From contig NC_043002.1 of assembly GCF_006345805.1 (NCBI RefSeq), positions 115,134,001 to 115,198,000 of the forward strand: a stretch of DNA of 64,000 nucleotides, read 5' to 3'. Below, in pieces: positions 1 to 13,200 of this stretch (the first letter of the stretch is position 1; every line of letters starts with the position of its first letter). Source of the DNA: Octopus sinensis (Eukaryota). Below the pieces are notes generated by a model. That model was not told the DNA's origin, did no database searches, and saw only the letters and a list, made by a program, of their open reading frames with translations. Made by a program: the position numbers and the translations under genes.

Positions 1-220
1 TTCACGCATATCAAATATATAAATCAACCAGGAACGAACAAAGGGTTGAAGCGATCATTTTCTTTATCAACAAGAAATAATGTTTTAAAATTGTAATAGA
101 AATATTTACAGGTTACGCTGCCAAGACCGAATGGGTTGCTACGCTAAAATACATGCCAGTAGTTACACAGTAAATAGATGCACATAAACTTAGGCAAAAC
201 AATTTTAATTAATTTACTTA

Positions 221-409
221 TTTTCTCTCTCTTTCTCTATGTCTCCCTCTCTGTCTCACTCACTCTCTCTCTCTCTCTCTCTATCACTCTTTCTCTCTCA
301 AGTTCTCTCTCTCTCTCACACTCAAGCTCTCTCCTTCAAGATCTCTCTCTTATTGTATGTGAGTGTGTGGGGGTACTGTGTGTGTACATGTATATGTGCA
401 TGCGTTTGC

Positions 410-442
<33 letters not shown>
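221..442. repeat. (CT)n and (GT)n microsatellites
   Basis: Visible dinucleotide runs; they explain the ORFs at 178-513. Confidence 0.95.
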
Positions 443-446
<4 letters not shown>

Positions 447-787
447 CGGACCCGAAATTCAAGCGCATCATAAATACCTGCGATAGCTGTGCTTCATAAT
501 AGCCGAGTTGCAACGTGTTTTAATTTCAGCTGAGTGAAACGAATTGCTCATGCAGAACCTAATGATTAATTTTACTTCCGTTTGCGCAAACATATGCACA
601 CACACACACACATTCGCATACATGCACACACGCACACGTAGCGAGAGAGTGTGGGGTGAGTATGTGTGTGTGTGTCTGTGTGTCTGCGTGTGTGTGATGT
701 GTGTGCGTTTGCATGTGTGTGTGCGCGCGTGTGTACAGAAACATCATATACAGTAACAGATGTACTTAAATATTAAATATTGCTCAC

Positions 788-936
788 GGGCGCAAACGTG
801 GCCCAGTATGGTTTAGAAGCTAGTTTTGGAATCACATTGTTTCGAGTTCAGTACCAATGCTCAGCACATTAGGCAATTGTTTTCTGCTATATGCCGAGCT
901 GACTAATGCCTTGTGAGCGAAAACTATGTGTAACCC
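788..936 (+). mobile_element. Degenerate 5' part of the major tRNA-derived SINE (family 1)
   Basis: Aligns by eye to 10841-11000 (GGCGCA...GTTTCGAGTTCAGT...GGCAA.TGT.TTCT.CTAT...GCCTTGTGAG). Confidence 0.7.
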
Positions 937-981
937 AACCCAACCACACATATATACATACATATATATATTTTTTTTTCT

Positions 982-2140
982 CTAGAGAAATCAATAACTT
1001 AGATTGCATCCTTGTTCAATCTGATAAAACCGGAAACATCTATAAGCTTACCAAAAGCCACTATTTGGAACTGCTGGAAAAGGAGATCCATAAAAATTAC
1101 AAGATCACAGGTAGGAATACTCTCAGGCAGGCTAACCTAGAGGCTAAAGGAATTATGGAACCGTATAGATTACAGATGAAGACAGAACCATTGAACCCCA
1201 GGCAACCTCGGTTTATTTTAAAAGACCACAAACAGAACTTTTATACTAACTCATCATTACGGCTTATATGCCCTTCCAGCTCCGACATCGTTACTCTTAG
1301 TAAATACATATTAGATAAGTATATCCCTACATTAATCAATAAATTAAAACTTAGCTTATGGTCGAATTCTTTTCAAATTGTAGATTGCTTTATTTCTATT
1401 ACTAATAAGGTTAACACTAAATTTATTCAGTTTGATATATCTAGCTTATATTCTTCAATCAACCCTATTATACTCAATAAGGCACTCTGGCATGCACACA
1501 ATAAAGCAGGTCTCTCCAGGGAAGAAATCATTGTGGTACTGGCAGCTAGAAAATCATTCATCAAGTTAGATAACAAGTTGTGGGTCCGGAAGGATGCTCC
1601 CAATGCGCTTGATGTATTAATGGGAAGTACAGATTCCGCTCAAATTGCTGATTTGGTCGGAATATATATACTTTATGAAATGGCCGACCAGTTCCCGAAC
1701 ATCTTTGGAGGTCTTTATCGCGATGATCGTCTGCTTTACCTCCAAAACATTTCAAATCAAAAAATACAGAAGGTTAAGAATAGATTAGTTAGGTTTTTTA
1801 GTAGAATGGGCTTTCACATCGTTTTTGACGATGAGTTAACCAAAGCTAACTTCTTAGACATTACTCTCAATTTACAAAATAACTCATACTTCCCATACCA
1901 TAAACCTTCCACAAATCTCAAATATATTAGTCCTTACAGTAATCACGCTAGGGCAATTGCTAAGAATTTAGTTAAAAACATTTCACTTAGATTATCTAAA
2001 TTATCCGCCAATGTTGACATTTTTAACGACAAGGCAGAATTCTATAACGCTGCCTTTGTTAAAGCTGGCTATAAAGAGAAAGTGACATACATTGATTCTG
2101 CTCAATCTAGTCCTTTATCTACTTCTCAAGACAAAAAAAA
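982..2140 (+). pseudogene. PLE reverse transcriptase domain (part of a frameshifted single ORF)
   Basis: ORF 906-2183 contains QFDISSLYSSI, MGSTDSAQIADLVGIYIL, GLYRDDRL, NFLDITL, YHKP, SNH; the first ~25 codons are SINE/microsatellite sequence. Confidence 0.93.
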
Positions 2141-2568
2141 TCTAGTTGTAATAATAAGAGTGATTTTAATTCTAATATTGTAAACAACGCAATACATTTT
2201 ATAAATCCTTTACGGAGTAAGGGAGGCAAGCGTTATTTAAGCCCAAATTTTCGCTCAAGAAATTTTTCACCTTCCATTAAAGATAATACTACTTACAATT
2301 TAAATGTTACTAGGAAAATATCTGGTTTGTAATTCCGCTTGGAAAACAAATTAAATCGAACCTTCCTTTGCAGTTCCGTGAAGCGGTTGCTAGGAACTTT
2401 CCAAAAATTTTAGATATTATTCGATTATTAACTCTCATATAATTAGAGTCACCTTCTCCAACACAAAGAATCTTTCACAAATTATATCTTCTCATAATAC
2501 CAATCTGCTAAATAAAAGTTCATTTTCTGGGAGTTCCAACATTAACCTTGTTAATTCCAACCCCTCAC

Positions 2569-2661
<93 letters not shown>

Positions 2662-2703
2662 ATAATAATAATAATAAATAATAATAATAAAATAATAATA
2701 ATA

Positions 2704-2744
<41 letters not shown>

Positions 2745-2770
2745 TAATAATAATAATAATAATAATGATA
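2569..2770 (+). repeat. (AAT)n/(AGT)n trinucleotide tract inside the PLE linker
   Basis: Directly visible; enters in the poly-Asn/Ser frame. Confidence 0.95.
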
Positions 2771-2781
2771 GCAATAAAAAC

Positions 2782-3213
2782 ATGGTTTTGATCTCTGAGG
2801 ACAACCCCAACAGAATTAAATTTATGTCTAATAATTCTAAGATCAAGAATTCTGTATACCAGTATAAAATTTCTTCCGGTACCGATGTCTACTTCTACAT
2901 AGGCGCATCCTCTTCCAAGTTATCTAAGAGAATTTCAAATCATTATTCATCATTTAGGAAAAGCAGAAAACGCCATAGTACAGGGCTAAGTAAATTGGTT
3001 TGGCATCTTAAAGACAACAATAAAGATTTTAAGTTAGACTGGTTCATCCTGTCCGTATCTTTTCCTTACGATAAAGGCAAGGTATTTTGTAACATTTGCA
3101 ACTCTGAACTCTTCCATATTCTTTTCTCTAAGAATCACCTTGTTAACACACTTATAGAGCGATCTTACAAATGTAAACACTGGCAGAAACATACCTTTAA
3201 CTCATATAAGTGA
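2782..3213 (+). pseudogene. PLE GIY-YIG endonuclease domain
   Basis: SVYQY...FYIGAS...KRISNH...TGLSKLVW...CNICNSE...LVN...KCKH. Confidence 0.9.
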
Positions 3214-3484
3214 TTTCGCCAGTCTTTATACTTTGAACAGTTAGTTTAACTTGCACTTTACTTCAATAGAGAAATCTACTTTTAAGCCTTTGAACATTTT
3301 TTCAACCAACGTATCCCTCTTTATTTGTTCTCTACTTATTATTTCTTTAACCCTTCTCTTCCTGGTATCTGAATTTGACGTCAAATCTACTAACGGTTTT
3401 TTTAAATACTTTATAACGTTCTGTTTATCATTTAGGCAGTCATCGTAATGTTATAATGTCTTGTTGTTGAGAGATGCTCTCTTT

Positions 3485-3566
3485 CTTTCCTGATGAGAAG
3501 ATTGCATTTTACACCATTTATTCCTTTGGAATAAAACCATGTTGTCTTCGAAACATATGCCGAAAG
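3485..3566 (+). ncRNA. Minimal type I hammerhead ribozyme in the PLE 3' pLTR (cleavage triplet mutated to GCC)
   Basis: CTTTC-CTGATGA-GAAGA...TCTTC-GAAA-CATATG-CC-GAAAG. Confidence 0.8.
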
Positions 3567-3763
3567 TAAAAGAATTTTAATAACATCTTCGTTCAACTCC
3601 ATTTATTTACTTATAATACACAAATTACTGCACATTAACTCGGAGTTTCTACCTTTGAATAGGTCGCTTCATCCGTGTTACGTGCGTAAATTTTGCTACC
3701 CTGGTAACTGTTTGTTGAATTTTCCATGTTAACGGTAAACAAAGGATAATTCATTCATCCATT

Positions 3764-3811
<48 letters not shown>

Positions 3812-3916
3812 ATGAAGAAGATACCTGATGAGATGATGAGATGCATTTTGCACTGGTAGATGCAATACAACTAGATGTACAATATCCCTCATTCTAATAT
3901 ATATATATATATATAT

Positions 3917-4024
3917 ACCCTCCTTCTCTTCTTTCATGAGCGTCAATAATACTTTAATTGTTCCACGTCCTGCGTTGCTGTGTTTTTTTCTCTTTTTTTC
4001 TGTGTTTTCTTGTTTGGATTAACT
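3917..4024 (+). mobile_element. PLE-type 3' tail fragment (same family as 43213-43790)
   Basis: Reverse complement of 43215-43322; sits between (TA)n tracts. Confidence 0.8.
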
Positions 4025-4270
4025 ATATATATATATATACATTAGCAAAAATGCTTGTTCTAAAACCTCATCATCTCATCTGGTATCTTCTTTTAAATAA
4101 GATACTTCGCTAAATATACTCGGTTTCGCTTGACATGTTGTTGTTGCCACTAGGTGTGATATTTATATCATAACTGTGGATGATATCAGGTAGCCTAAAC
4201 GGTGAAAGTGCTTTAATCGCGATATTACTAACCATATACCCATGGTTCAAATAATTACTTATATATATAT

Positions 4271-5003
4271 CAGTGGAGACACCGACACACGGGCTGCTCG
4301 GGCTTAGCCCGAGCATAAATTTAGGAAAGTGAACGTTATTTGCAAGTTGATTTAATTTCTGTCGATACTGACTTCAAGTATGTAATTTCAGTCAATAACT
4401 CTGACTCCTTTTATTCAGTCTGGCCACAGTTCATTTATTTTCGTTCGGTTTCTGGCAGGCGTCTTAGAGGTGTCCTGTGTCAAAAAATAATATTTGTAGC
4501 AGACTTTCTCTCACATAGCTCACACGCGCTTGACATCAGGCTCAGCCCGAGTTGTTATCTATAATCGGAAAAATTAAAAGTAATTCAAATTCAATGTTTT
4601 CTTGAAACAATAAATTTCTATAGAGATTAGGATTTAAATTCCAATCTGTGAAAAGTTTCCGTTCTACAATATTCTCAATGGAGCGTAAAAACTATCCAGC
4701 AATTTGGGCTAATACGAACGAGCCTGATAGGTGCAAAAGACTAACTGGCATCTCTTTTCAAGAGTACACGTCACATTCAGATCGCTGCTGTTTCTTGTGC
4801 ACTCTGCTGTCGTTATTTGATTGCAGGGTTTCTTCATTTTTACCCTTAACTTAGAAACGTAAACAGACATAGGGGTAGATATAAGAAATAAACCATTTGG
4901 GGCTAGAAATATTGCGGACAAACGTGGAATCCTTCGAGCAGGCATGTGCCATGCGAAATCTGTGATGAGCCCGAGTGACGTTGATGGCTTGGAGTCATCT
5001 CTG
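4271..5003. mobile_element. Non-autonomous hAT-like DNA transposon
   Basis: Imperfect TIRs CAGTGGAGACACC / GGAGTCATCTCTG, subterminal GCCCGAG repeats, possible 8-bp TSD atatatat/atatgtat. Confidence 0.55.
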
Positions 5004-5016
5004 ATATGTATGTATG

Positions 5017-5055
<39 letters not shown>

Positions 5056-5202
5056 ATATTAGGGAATAAATCCAAATTTACAGGGAAAAAATCAGATTTA
5101 GGATTAAATCGATTTTATAGTAAAATATTATAAAATATTATTCGAGACAAAACCACTATTTTGCAAAACAAACAAGGAAAGACTTAATTAATACATAAAA
5201 TT

Positions 5203-5516
5203 TTATTTCTATGGTAACGTAATTTTGTTTTGATTTTTTTAACGGCTAAGAATTTAATTTCACTTCATAATTTGACACTGAATTGTAAGTATGTATTTTA
5301 TTTATCCTTATGTCATATTGTTATTTTTGATATTCTGGTTAATTACGATGTATTTAATGTTGTTTTCATAGGTGTGTTTATGTATATGAGATTGTGTGCG
5401 AGTTTTTAGTTGTTTAATTTATTTATCTGTATGAGTGTGGGTGTGTAAATATTGTTGTATATATCGAGTTTAGTGAGTATGTATATGCGTATATGTGAGG
5501 GAGTATATGTATCTGT

Positions 5517-5547
<31 letters not shown>

Positions 5548-7568
5548 TTGTGTGTGAATGTGTATATGGGTTTGTTATTTAGGTTTTGGGATGTATGTGT
5601 TAATTTGTCTGTGTGGGAGGGAGTGGGTTTTGGTGTATATTGAGGTTTATAAGTTAGTATAGGTATGTGTATAAGTTGTGGGTCTGTGGTTTACGAGTGT
5701 GTATTTGTGTGTGAATGTTTAGGTTAGGGAGATTGCTATATAGGTTTGTTATAGAGTTTAGCAAGGGAGATTTATCGTTATATGTTTTTATGAGTTTTGG
5801 TTTATCATGGTTTTTTTAGGGAATTCGTGGTAATTTGTCTATTTTCGATGTTGGTTGTTTTATTACATTGTTTCATTCATAATTTTTGAGTGGTGTTCGT
5901 TTTGCCACGTGAATAACCGGGAGGTGGACTAGCGTTGTTTGGATTGTGAATGGAATAGTGTAGTAGTGAGGTAGGCATAGAGAATGGGTTTGGGTTACTG
6001 CAAGTTGTTTGTTAGTCTTTTTTTACATAAGTTATTTCTATGGTAACGTAATTTTTGGTTTGATTTTTTAACGGCTAAGAATTTAATTTCACTTCATAAT
6101 TTGACACTGAATTGTAAGTATGTATTTTATTTACCTTTATGTCATATTGTTATTTTTGATATTCTGGTTAATTACGATGTATTTAATGTTGTTTTCATAG
6201 GAGTGTTTATGTATATGAGATTGTGTGCGAGTTTTTAGTTGTATAATTTATTTATCTGTATGAGTGTGGGTGTGTAAATATTGTTGTATATATCGAGTTT
6301 AGTGAGTATGTATATGCGTATATGTGAGGGAGTATATGTATCTGTTGTGTGTGTGTGTGTTTTGCGTGTGTGTGTGTTTGTGTGTGAATGTGTATATGGG
6401 TTTGTTATTTAGGTTTTGGGATGTATGTGTTAATTTGTCTGTGTGGGAGGGAGTGGGTTTTGGTGTATATTGAGGTTTATAAGTTAGTATAGGTATGTGT
6501 ATAAGTCGTGGGTCTGTGGTTTACGAGTGTGTATTTGTGTGTGAATGTTTAGGTTAGGGAGATTGCTATATAGGTTTGTTATAGAGTTTAGCAAGGGAGA
6601 TTTATCGTTATATGTTTTTAGGAGTTTTGGTTTATCATGGTTTTTTTAGGGAATTCGTGGTAATTTGTCTATTTTCGATGTTGGTTGTTTTATTACATTG
6701 TTTCATTCATAATTTTTGAGTGGTGTTCGTTTTGCCACGTGAATAACCGGGAGGTGGACTAGCGTTGTTTGGAATTGTGAATGGAATAGTGTAGTAGTGA
6801 GGTAGGCATAGAGAATGGGTTTGGGTTACTGCAAGTTGTTTGTTAGTCTTTTTTTACATAAGTTATTTCTATGGTAACGTAATTTTTGGTTTGATTTTTT
6901 AACGGCTAAGAATTTAATTTCACTTCATAATTTGACACTGAATTGTAAGTATGTATTTTATTTACCTTTATGTCATATTGTTATTTTTGATATTCTGGTT
7001 ATTACGATGTATTTAATGTTGTTTTCATAGGAGTGTTTATGTATATGAGATTGTGTGCGAGTTTTTAGTTGTATAATTTATTTATCTGTATGAGTGTGGG
7101 TGTGTAAATATTGTTGTATATATTGAGTTTAGTGAGTATGTATATGCGTATATGTGAGGGAGTATATGTATCTGTTGTGTGTGTGTGTTTTGTGTGTGTG
7201 TGTTTGTGTGTGAATGTGTATATGGGTTTGTTATTTAGGTTTTGGGATGTATGAGTTAATTTGTCTGTGTGGGAGGGAGTGGGTTTTGGTGTATATGGAG
7301 GTTTATAAGTTAGTTTAGGTATGTGTATAAGTCGTGGGTCTGTGGTTTACGTGTGTGTTTGTGTGTGAATGTTTAGGTTAGGGGGATTACTATATAGGTT
7401 TGTTATAGAGTTTAGCAAGGGAGATTTATCGTTATATGTTTTTTAAGAGTTTTGGTTTATCATGGTTTTTTTAGGGAATTCGTAGTAATTTGTCTATTTT
7501 CGATGTTGGTTGTTTTATTATATTGTTTCATTCATAATTTTTGAGTGGTGTTCGTTTTGCCACGTGAA
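5203..7568. repeat. Tandem repeat, ~830-bp unit, ~2.85 copies
   Basis: ATGGTAACGT recurs at 5211, 6040 and 6871; units nearly identical. Confidence 0.95.
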
Positions 7569-8800
7569 TTTTATTTTTAATTCCATTTATTCCATTTCTC
7601 CATTCATTAATTTAGAGATGTTCGTTTCCAGAGCGGTTATACTTTTTATATATATGTTAAGTTCCTTGGTAAAGTAATTTTGTTTGGTGTATATGTTGAG
7701 GCTTATATGTACTTCTGGGTGTGTGTGAGTGGGGTGGGAGTTTGTATTTGTTATGGGTGTGTGGTTTACGAGTGGTTTTGTGTGTGAATGTATAGGTTAA
7801 AGGAATTGCTATATAAGTATGTTTTAGTGTTTAGTAAAGGGAGGTTTTATCATTTCTGTTTTGTGAGTTTTAGCTTATCATGGTAGTTTTATAAAAGAAT
7901 CCATTCATAATTTTTGTGTTTATTTGTCTGTGTGGGGTTGAGTGGGTTTTTGGAGTATATGTTGAGGTTTATATGTATGTATTGGTATGTGTAAGTGGTG
8001 TGGGTATTTGTATATGTCGTGGGTGTGTGGTTTACGTGTGTGTATTTGTGTGTGAATGTTTAGGTTAGGGGGATTGCTATATAAGTTTGTTATAGAGTTT
8101 AGTAAAGGGAGATTTTATCATTATATGTTTTTATGAGTTTTGGTTATCATGGTAGGTTTGATAAGGAATTTGTAGTAATTTGTGTCTATTTGCGATGTAT
8201 GTTGTTTTATTGCATTGTTTCATTCATAATTTTTAAGTAGTGTTCGTTTTACCAAGTGAATATAATTTTTAATTCCATTTATTCCATTTCTCCGTTCATA
8301 GTTTTGAGTGATGTCCGTTTTCTAGAGCGTGAATGTGGGTTGTATGTGTGTGTGTGTGGGAGTATGAATAAGTATTGTGTTGAAGTATTTAGCTATTTTA
8401 TTTATTTATAGTTGCCTAGACATTTTTATGTGTATGTATAGGGATATATATATAGGTGTGTGATTTAGTGTATGTAGTTAGATATGGTTATATATAATTA
8501 GGTATATGCGTATGGGTGTATATATAGTTTATTATTATATTATTATTATTTTTTTTGTTTTGTTTTATATTTTATATTTTATATTTTATATTTTATATTT
8601 TATTTTATATTTTATATTTTATATTTTATATTTAATTGTTGATAGGTTTTTTTAGTTTATATATTGTTTATATATTGTTTATATATGGATTATAGATAGG
8701 TTATATATGGATTATATACTTATATTTTTTCATTCATACTTTAATTATTTTAAAATTATTATTTTTATATTTTAAAATATTGATTTTTTAGATTGGAAGT

Positions 8801-8843
8801 CCACCTGAAGATTGTCGATCAAGACAAGAAACGATTGTAGTGG
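8801..8843 (+). ncRNA. Minimal type I hammerhead ribozyme, intact
   Basis: CCAC-CTGAAGA-TTGTC(gatcaa)GACAA-GAAA-CGATTG-TA-GTGG. Confidence 0.9.
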
Positions 8844-9035
8844 CGGTTTTTTTGACTATTTATTAAAATTTTATGTATTAATTAAGTCTTTCCTTGTTTG
8901 TTTTGCAAAATAGTGGTTTTGTCTCGAATAATATTATATATATATATATATATATACAGCGGTGGTGCCCCAGCATGGCCGCGGCCTTCGGGCTAAAACA
9001 TTTTTAAGGATTTAAGGATTTATATATACATATAC

Positions 9036-9400
<365 letters not shown>

Positions 9401-10840
9401 ATATGTACATGCATGCATGCATGCATGCATGCATGTATGTATGCATGTATGTATGTATGTATGTATGTATGTATGTATGTATGTATGTATGTATGTATGT
9501 ATGTATGTATGTATGTGTGTGTGTGTGTGTGCGTGTGTGTGTGTGTAAATATGTTATATGAACCAAGGCACATCAACTCGAAGGACGCCAGAAATGGCTT
9601 CGTACGATAACATGGAGCTCACATTGAAATAAGCAACAATGAATACATCAAGTGTTAGTAGGATACCGTCGATATGCAAGTATCAAATCCAGTTAAACCC
9701 ATTGATCCGACTCAGCGGGAGGTGGAGGCGTTGGTATAAAAAGAAAATACATACACAATGTATGTGTGCATGTTCATGTATGTTTGTGTTTTTGTGCTGG
9801 TTTGCTTACGTAGTCGTAGCTTAGCAACAAGTTCGGTAAAAGAGAGCGGTAGAACATTTCAAACCTAAAAATTAAGTAAAGGACTCCATTTATTCGACTA
9901 AACACTTCGAGGCAGTGCCCCAGCAGGGCTGCAGTCAAATGGCTAGAACAACTAAACGACAACAAAATATATACCAATTGACCAGTTTAGAAGCTGCAAC
10001 TTGGCCTCGTAAAGAAAAAGAAGCGAACTTGAGTTAATACTGGCTCCCGTATAGCTCCTATATAGTGGGCTCGCTGATTATTATTTTCCCTTAGTTGGCG
10101 GATTACTATGCGCAGACTCACAATTACAAAAATATTTACCGTATATAACATTTATCGTACATGCTTTATAATGCAATAACCGTTTTCTTTTAATTGGTAG
10201 TAGGATTGTTGTGTAAAGATCGATAAATAGGTAGGTCTGCGTAGGAAGACAGACATGTGTATTTATATATTTGCATGAATAATTGATTATAATAAATAAA
10301 TGGATATAGCTGTTCATTAGTTTTGGATAGGCTCAGAGTAGTAAGATAGGTACACACATAGACACGAATGGTTCGGTGCTGTGGGTGAAGCGCTCAGTGT
10401 TTGGATTTTCTGAGAAAGCGACACATGAAAAACTGCACTCTCAGACGTGTAAGATCTCAAAGTAGGGTGGCTAATGTGTAGAACTGAGAATGTGACATTC
10501 TACTGACGAGGTAACAAGGAGGAGCTATTCTTCTGATTGGCTTTCAAAGGATTTCCGACAACAATGTAAAACGGTGCACCACATTACAAGTTTTTACACC
10601 AACAGGTAACAAAAATTCAATAGAGATGGATGAAATAAGTGTTGTAGTCAACATGGTTTACTGAAGTCGTGAATGTGGAAGCTCAACAGTCCAATGACGT
10701 AGCGAATGAAAGAGCAAAATAATACCATCCCCAGCCCGGGACATTTACATTCGTTCCGATATTATTGCTCGTAGTCATGAAATGGAATTTTTTAGTATGT
10801 CTTGAGATATAGTAGTCTTGAGATAGTATAGTCTCCAGAT

Positions 10841-11246
10841 AGGCGCAGGAGTGGCTGTGTGGTAAGTAGCTTGCTTACCAACCACATGGTTCCGGGTTCA
10901 GTCCCACTGCGTGGCATCTTGGGCAAGTGTCTTCTACTATAACCTCGGGCCGACCAAAGCCTTGTGAGTGGATTTGGTAGACGGAAACTGAAAGAAGCCC
11001 GTCGTATATATGTATATGTATGCGTGTGTGTGCTTGTGTGGCTGTGTTTGTCCCCACCCAACATCGCTTGACAACCGATGCTAGTGTGTTTGCGTCCCTG
11101 TAACTTAGCAGTTCGGCAAAAGAGACCGATAGAATAAGTACTGGGCTTACAAAGAATAAGTTCTGGGGTAGATTTGCTCGACTAAATGTGGTGCTCCAGC
11201 ATGGCCGCAGTCAAATGACTGAAACAAGTATAAGAGTAAAAAGAGT
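10841..11246 (+). mobile_element. Full-length tRNA-derived SINE, family 1
   Basis: A box TGGCTGTGTGG, B box GGTTCAGTCC, internal (TA)/(TG) tract, 3' GAAACAAGTA..AGAGT; many further copies in the window. Confidence 0.92.
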
Positions 11247-12659
11247 ATATGCCATCTGAAATTCAAACCGAATAAGAGCAATGAAGACATGCAATCTTTT
11301 CCTTTTACTGAAAGAATAAGAAGCAAGAGATATGCAAATGTTATTGGTGTAAACAGCGAAACTGATGCTGAACTGTAGCAAAACAGCTTCTGGTTGAATT
11401 ATTCTTTATCTATTTATTTATTTATTTACTTAGATTTTGTGAAGTCGACAGCAGAGTTATAATATTTATGTGCGGGTTCCTGCCGCTGCATATCGGGGTC
11501 TATGCATTCGCTTGTATCACATTCCAGACAATAAAATATTCTTTCTTTAACTACAGTTTTTCTTATGACACTTAATGAAAATGAGGTTTCAGATTTGGGA
11601 TATTAACTCTTCTATCTGGCTCTATTGTTCTGTTAACAAGGTTTTTCGCGTTAATTCAAAAGAAAACATACACTAGAGATATAGATTAGCTTCGTAAGTT
11701 TGTTGTTATTAGAATAGACTAACTTTATATCTGGAAGAAAATACGCGCGCGTGTGTGTATGTACGTGTGTATGTGTGTGTGTCCTCTTCTACTTTTAATA
11801 ATTTGAAGTCTTCCGATAAGGAAGGAACTGGTTACTAACAAAGATAAAACTCTATCGATGGAATGTAGATAAGAAAAGCAAATTCACAATTTGAACTGTA
11901 GAAAAAATCTTGGAGGTGTGAATGTAAATCTATGTGTGGTGGGGAGAGGGTCGATCGAGTTGTTGAATCTGTTATTCCACACTTCGTGTTTTGTGTAGAA
12001 AACTATGCTTTTCTCTGCTATCCTGTTGGAACCAATATGTTTTACACATTTCTAAGATATACTGTGAACCAGGTTTATCAAACATACGCGTGGTTAAATG
12101 AAAATTAATTATTTTCAGAATTCACTATAGAAATTGTTAGCTAATACGAAATCAAAAGTATCCGCTAAGGTAACCCCTGCTCCACTACTTTCACCAGCCA
12201 TCGCTATATCATTCACAACCAAACCGACAAGGTAATTTTTGTTCCGTCGCTCTCAGACGAAGAACCAAAATCCTGAGACGGTAGACTCAATGGATTCTAT
12301 AGAATTGACTTTTTTTTTATCTTATATATTTTACTTGCTTCAGTTATTAGACTGTGGTTATACTGGGGCACCGCCTTGAAGAGTTTAGTCGAACAATCGT
12401 ACCAAACACTTATTTCTTAAGTCTGGTACTTATTTCTTTCGGTTACTTTTGCCTAATTGCAATGTTACAGGGACATAAACAAACAAGCACCATTGTCAAG
12501 AGACAGTGGAAGGTACAGGCGGAGGAATTATTTTGCCTGTTAACTTTATTTTGTCTATATATCGAAGTCGAAACAAAAGATAAATTGCTTTCCCGGATTT
12601 CACAGATTTTACTCTTTCAACATATTCTGCCACCTAATTCTTTTACTATGCCTAATATA

Positions 12660-12875
12660 AAACTGACAAGTAATATTCGTAGCCATTTAAACATAGCTGT
12701 CCGTTCGAGCGGGCACTACTGTGATATTTTGACCCCAAGAGGACATCTCCTCTAGCTGGTTAACGATGCAAAGCTGCATCCAATAAAATTGCGAGCAGGG
12801 GAGCGAACCCCTACCATCTCTTTGCGACGGGACCAGTAGACCAGTCCTGGTTTCGAGTTATTTCTGCCACTCAAT
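12660..12875 (-). mobile_element. PLE-like non-coding fragment (group B) with the 3' half of an HHR
   Basis: Minus strand GAGT(ggcagaaata)ACTC-GAAA-CCAGGACTGG-TC; tail homologous to 15240-15310. Confidence 0.65.
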
Positions 12876-12935
12876 AAATGAATAAATAAACATATATATA
12901 TATCTATATATATATATATATATTATATATATATC

Positions 12936-12988
<53 letters not shown>

Positions 12989-13200
12989 CATACATACATA
13001 TAAGAGGGAATTGCCACTATGTGGAAACCCTTATGCTAGAAGAACATCCGCTATGGTCTTACAACTAAGAATTGTTCTCTGGAAAATTTAGAAAACACCA
13101 GAAACGTAAGCGAGCAAGATAAATGAAAAGTAACAAAATTGATGTTATCAAATTAATATCCAGTTTTTCATCCTCATTTTAATTTTAAAATATATATATA

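Larger units (their letters stand above)
982..3765 (+). mobile_element. 5'-truncated Penelope-like retroelement (RT, linker, GIY-YIG, HHR-bearing 3' pLTR); resembles the Hydra-type PLE clade
   Basis: RT and GIY-YIG motifs in order, HHR downstream, 3' end abuts (TA)n; the clade call is inference from the MGSxDxA..LVG and GLYRDD motifs and the C-terminal CxxC...KCxH. Confidence 0.92.
5052..8935 (+). mobile_element. Non-coding PLE-like element with inverted 5' pLTR piece, GT-rich body and 3' HHR
   Basis: ~68-bp inverted repeat 5138-5205 vs 8864-8931, intact HHR at 8801, (TA)n on both flanks. Confidence 0.8.

Noticed and set aside
3825-3845. CTGATGA core
   Set aside because: No stem II or GAAA; matches the repeat end at 4066-4093 (CCAGATGAGATGATGAG)
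10792-11064. Recurrent ORF RRASFSFRLPNPLTRLWSARGYSRRHLPK
   Set aside because: Antisense translation of SINE family 1, not a gene family
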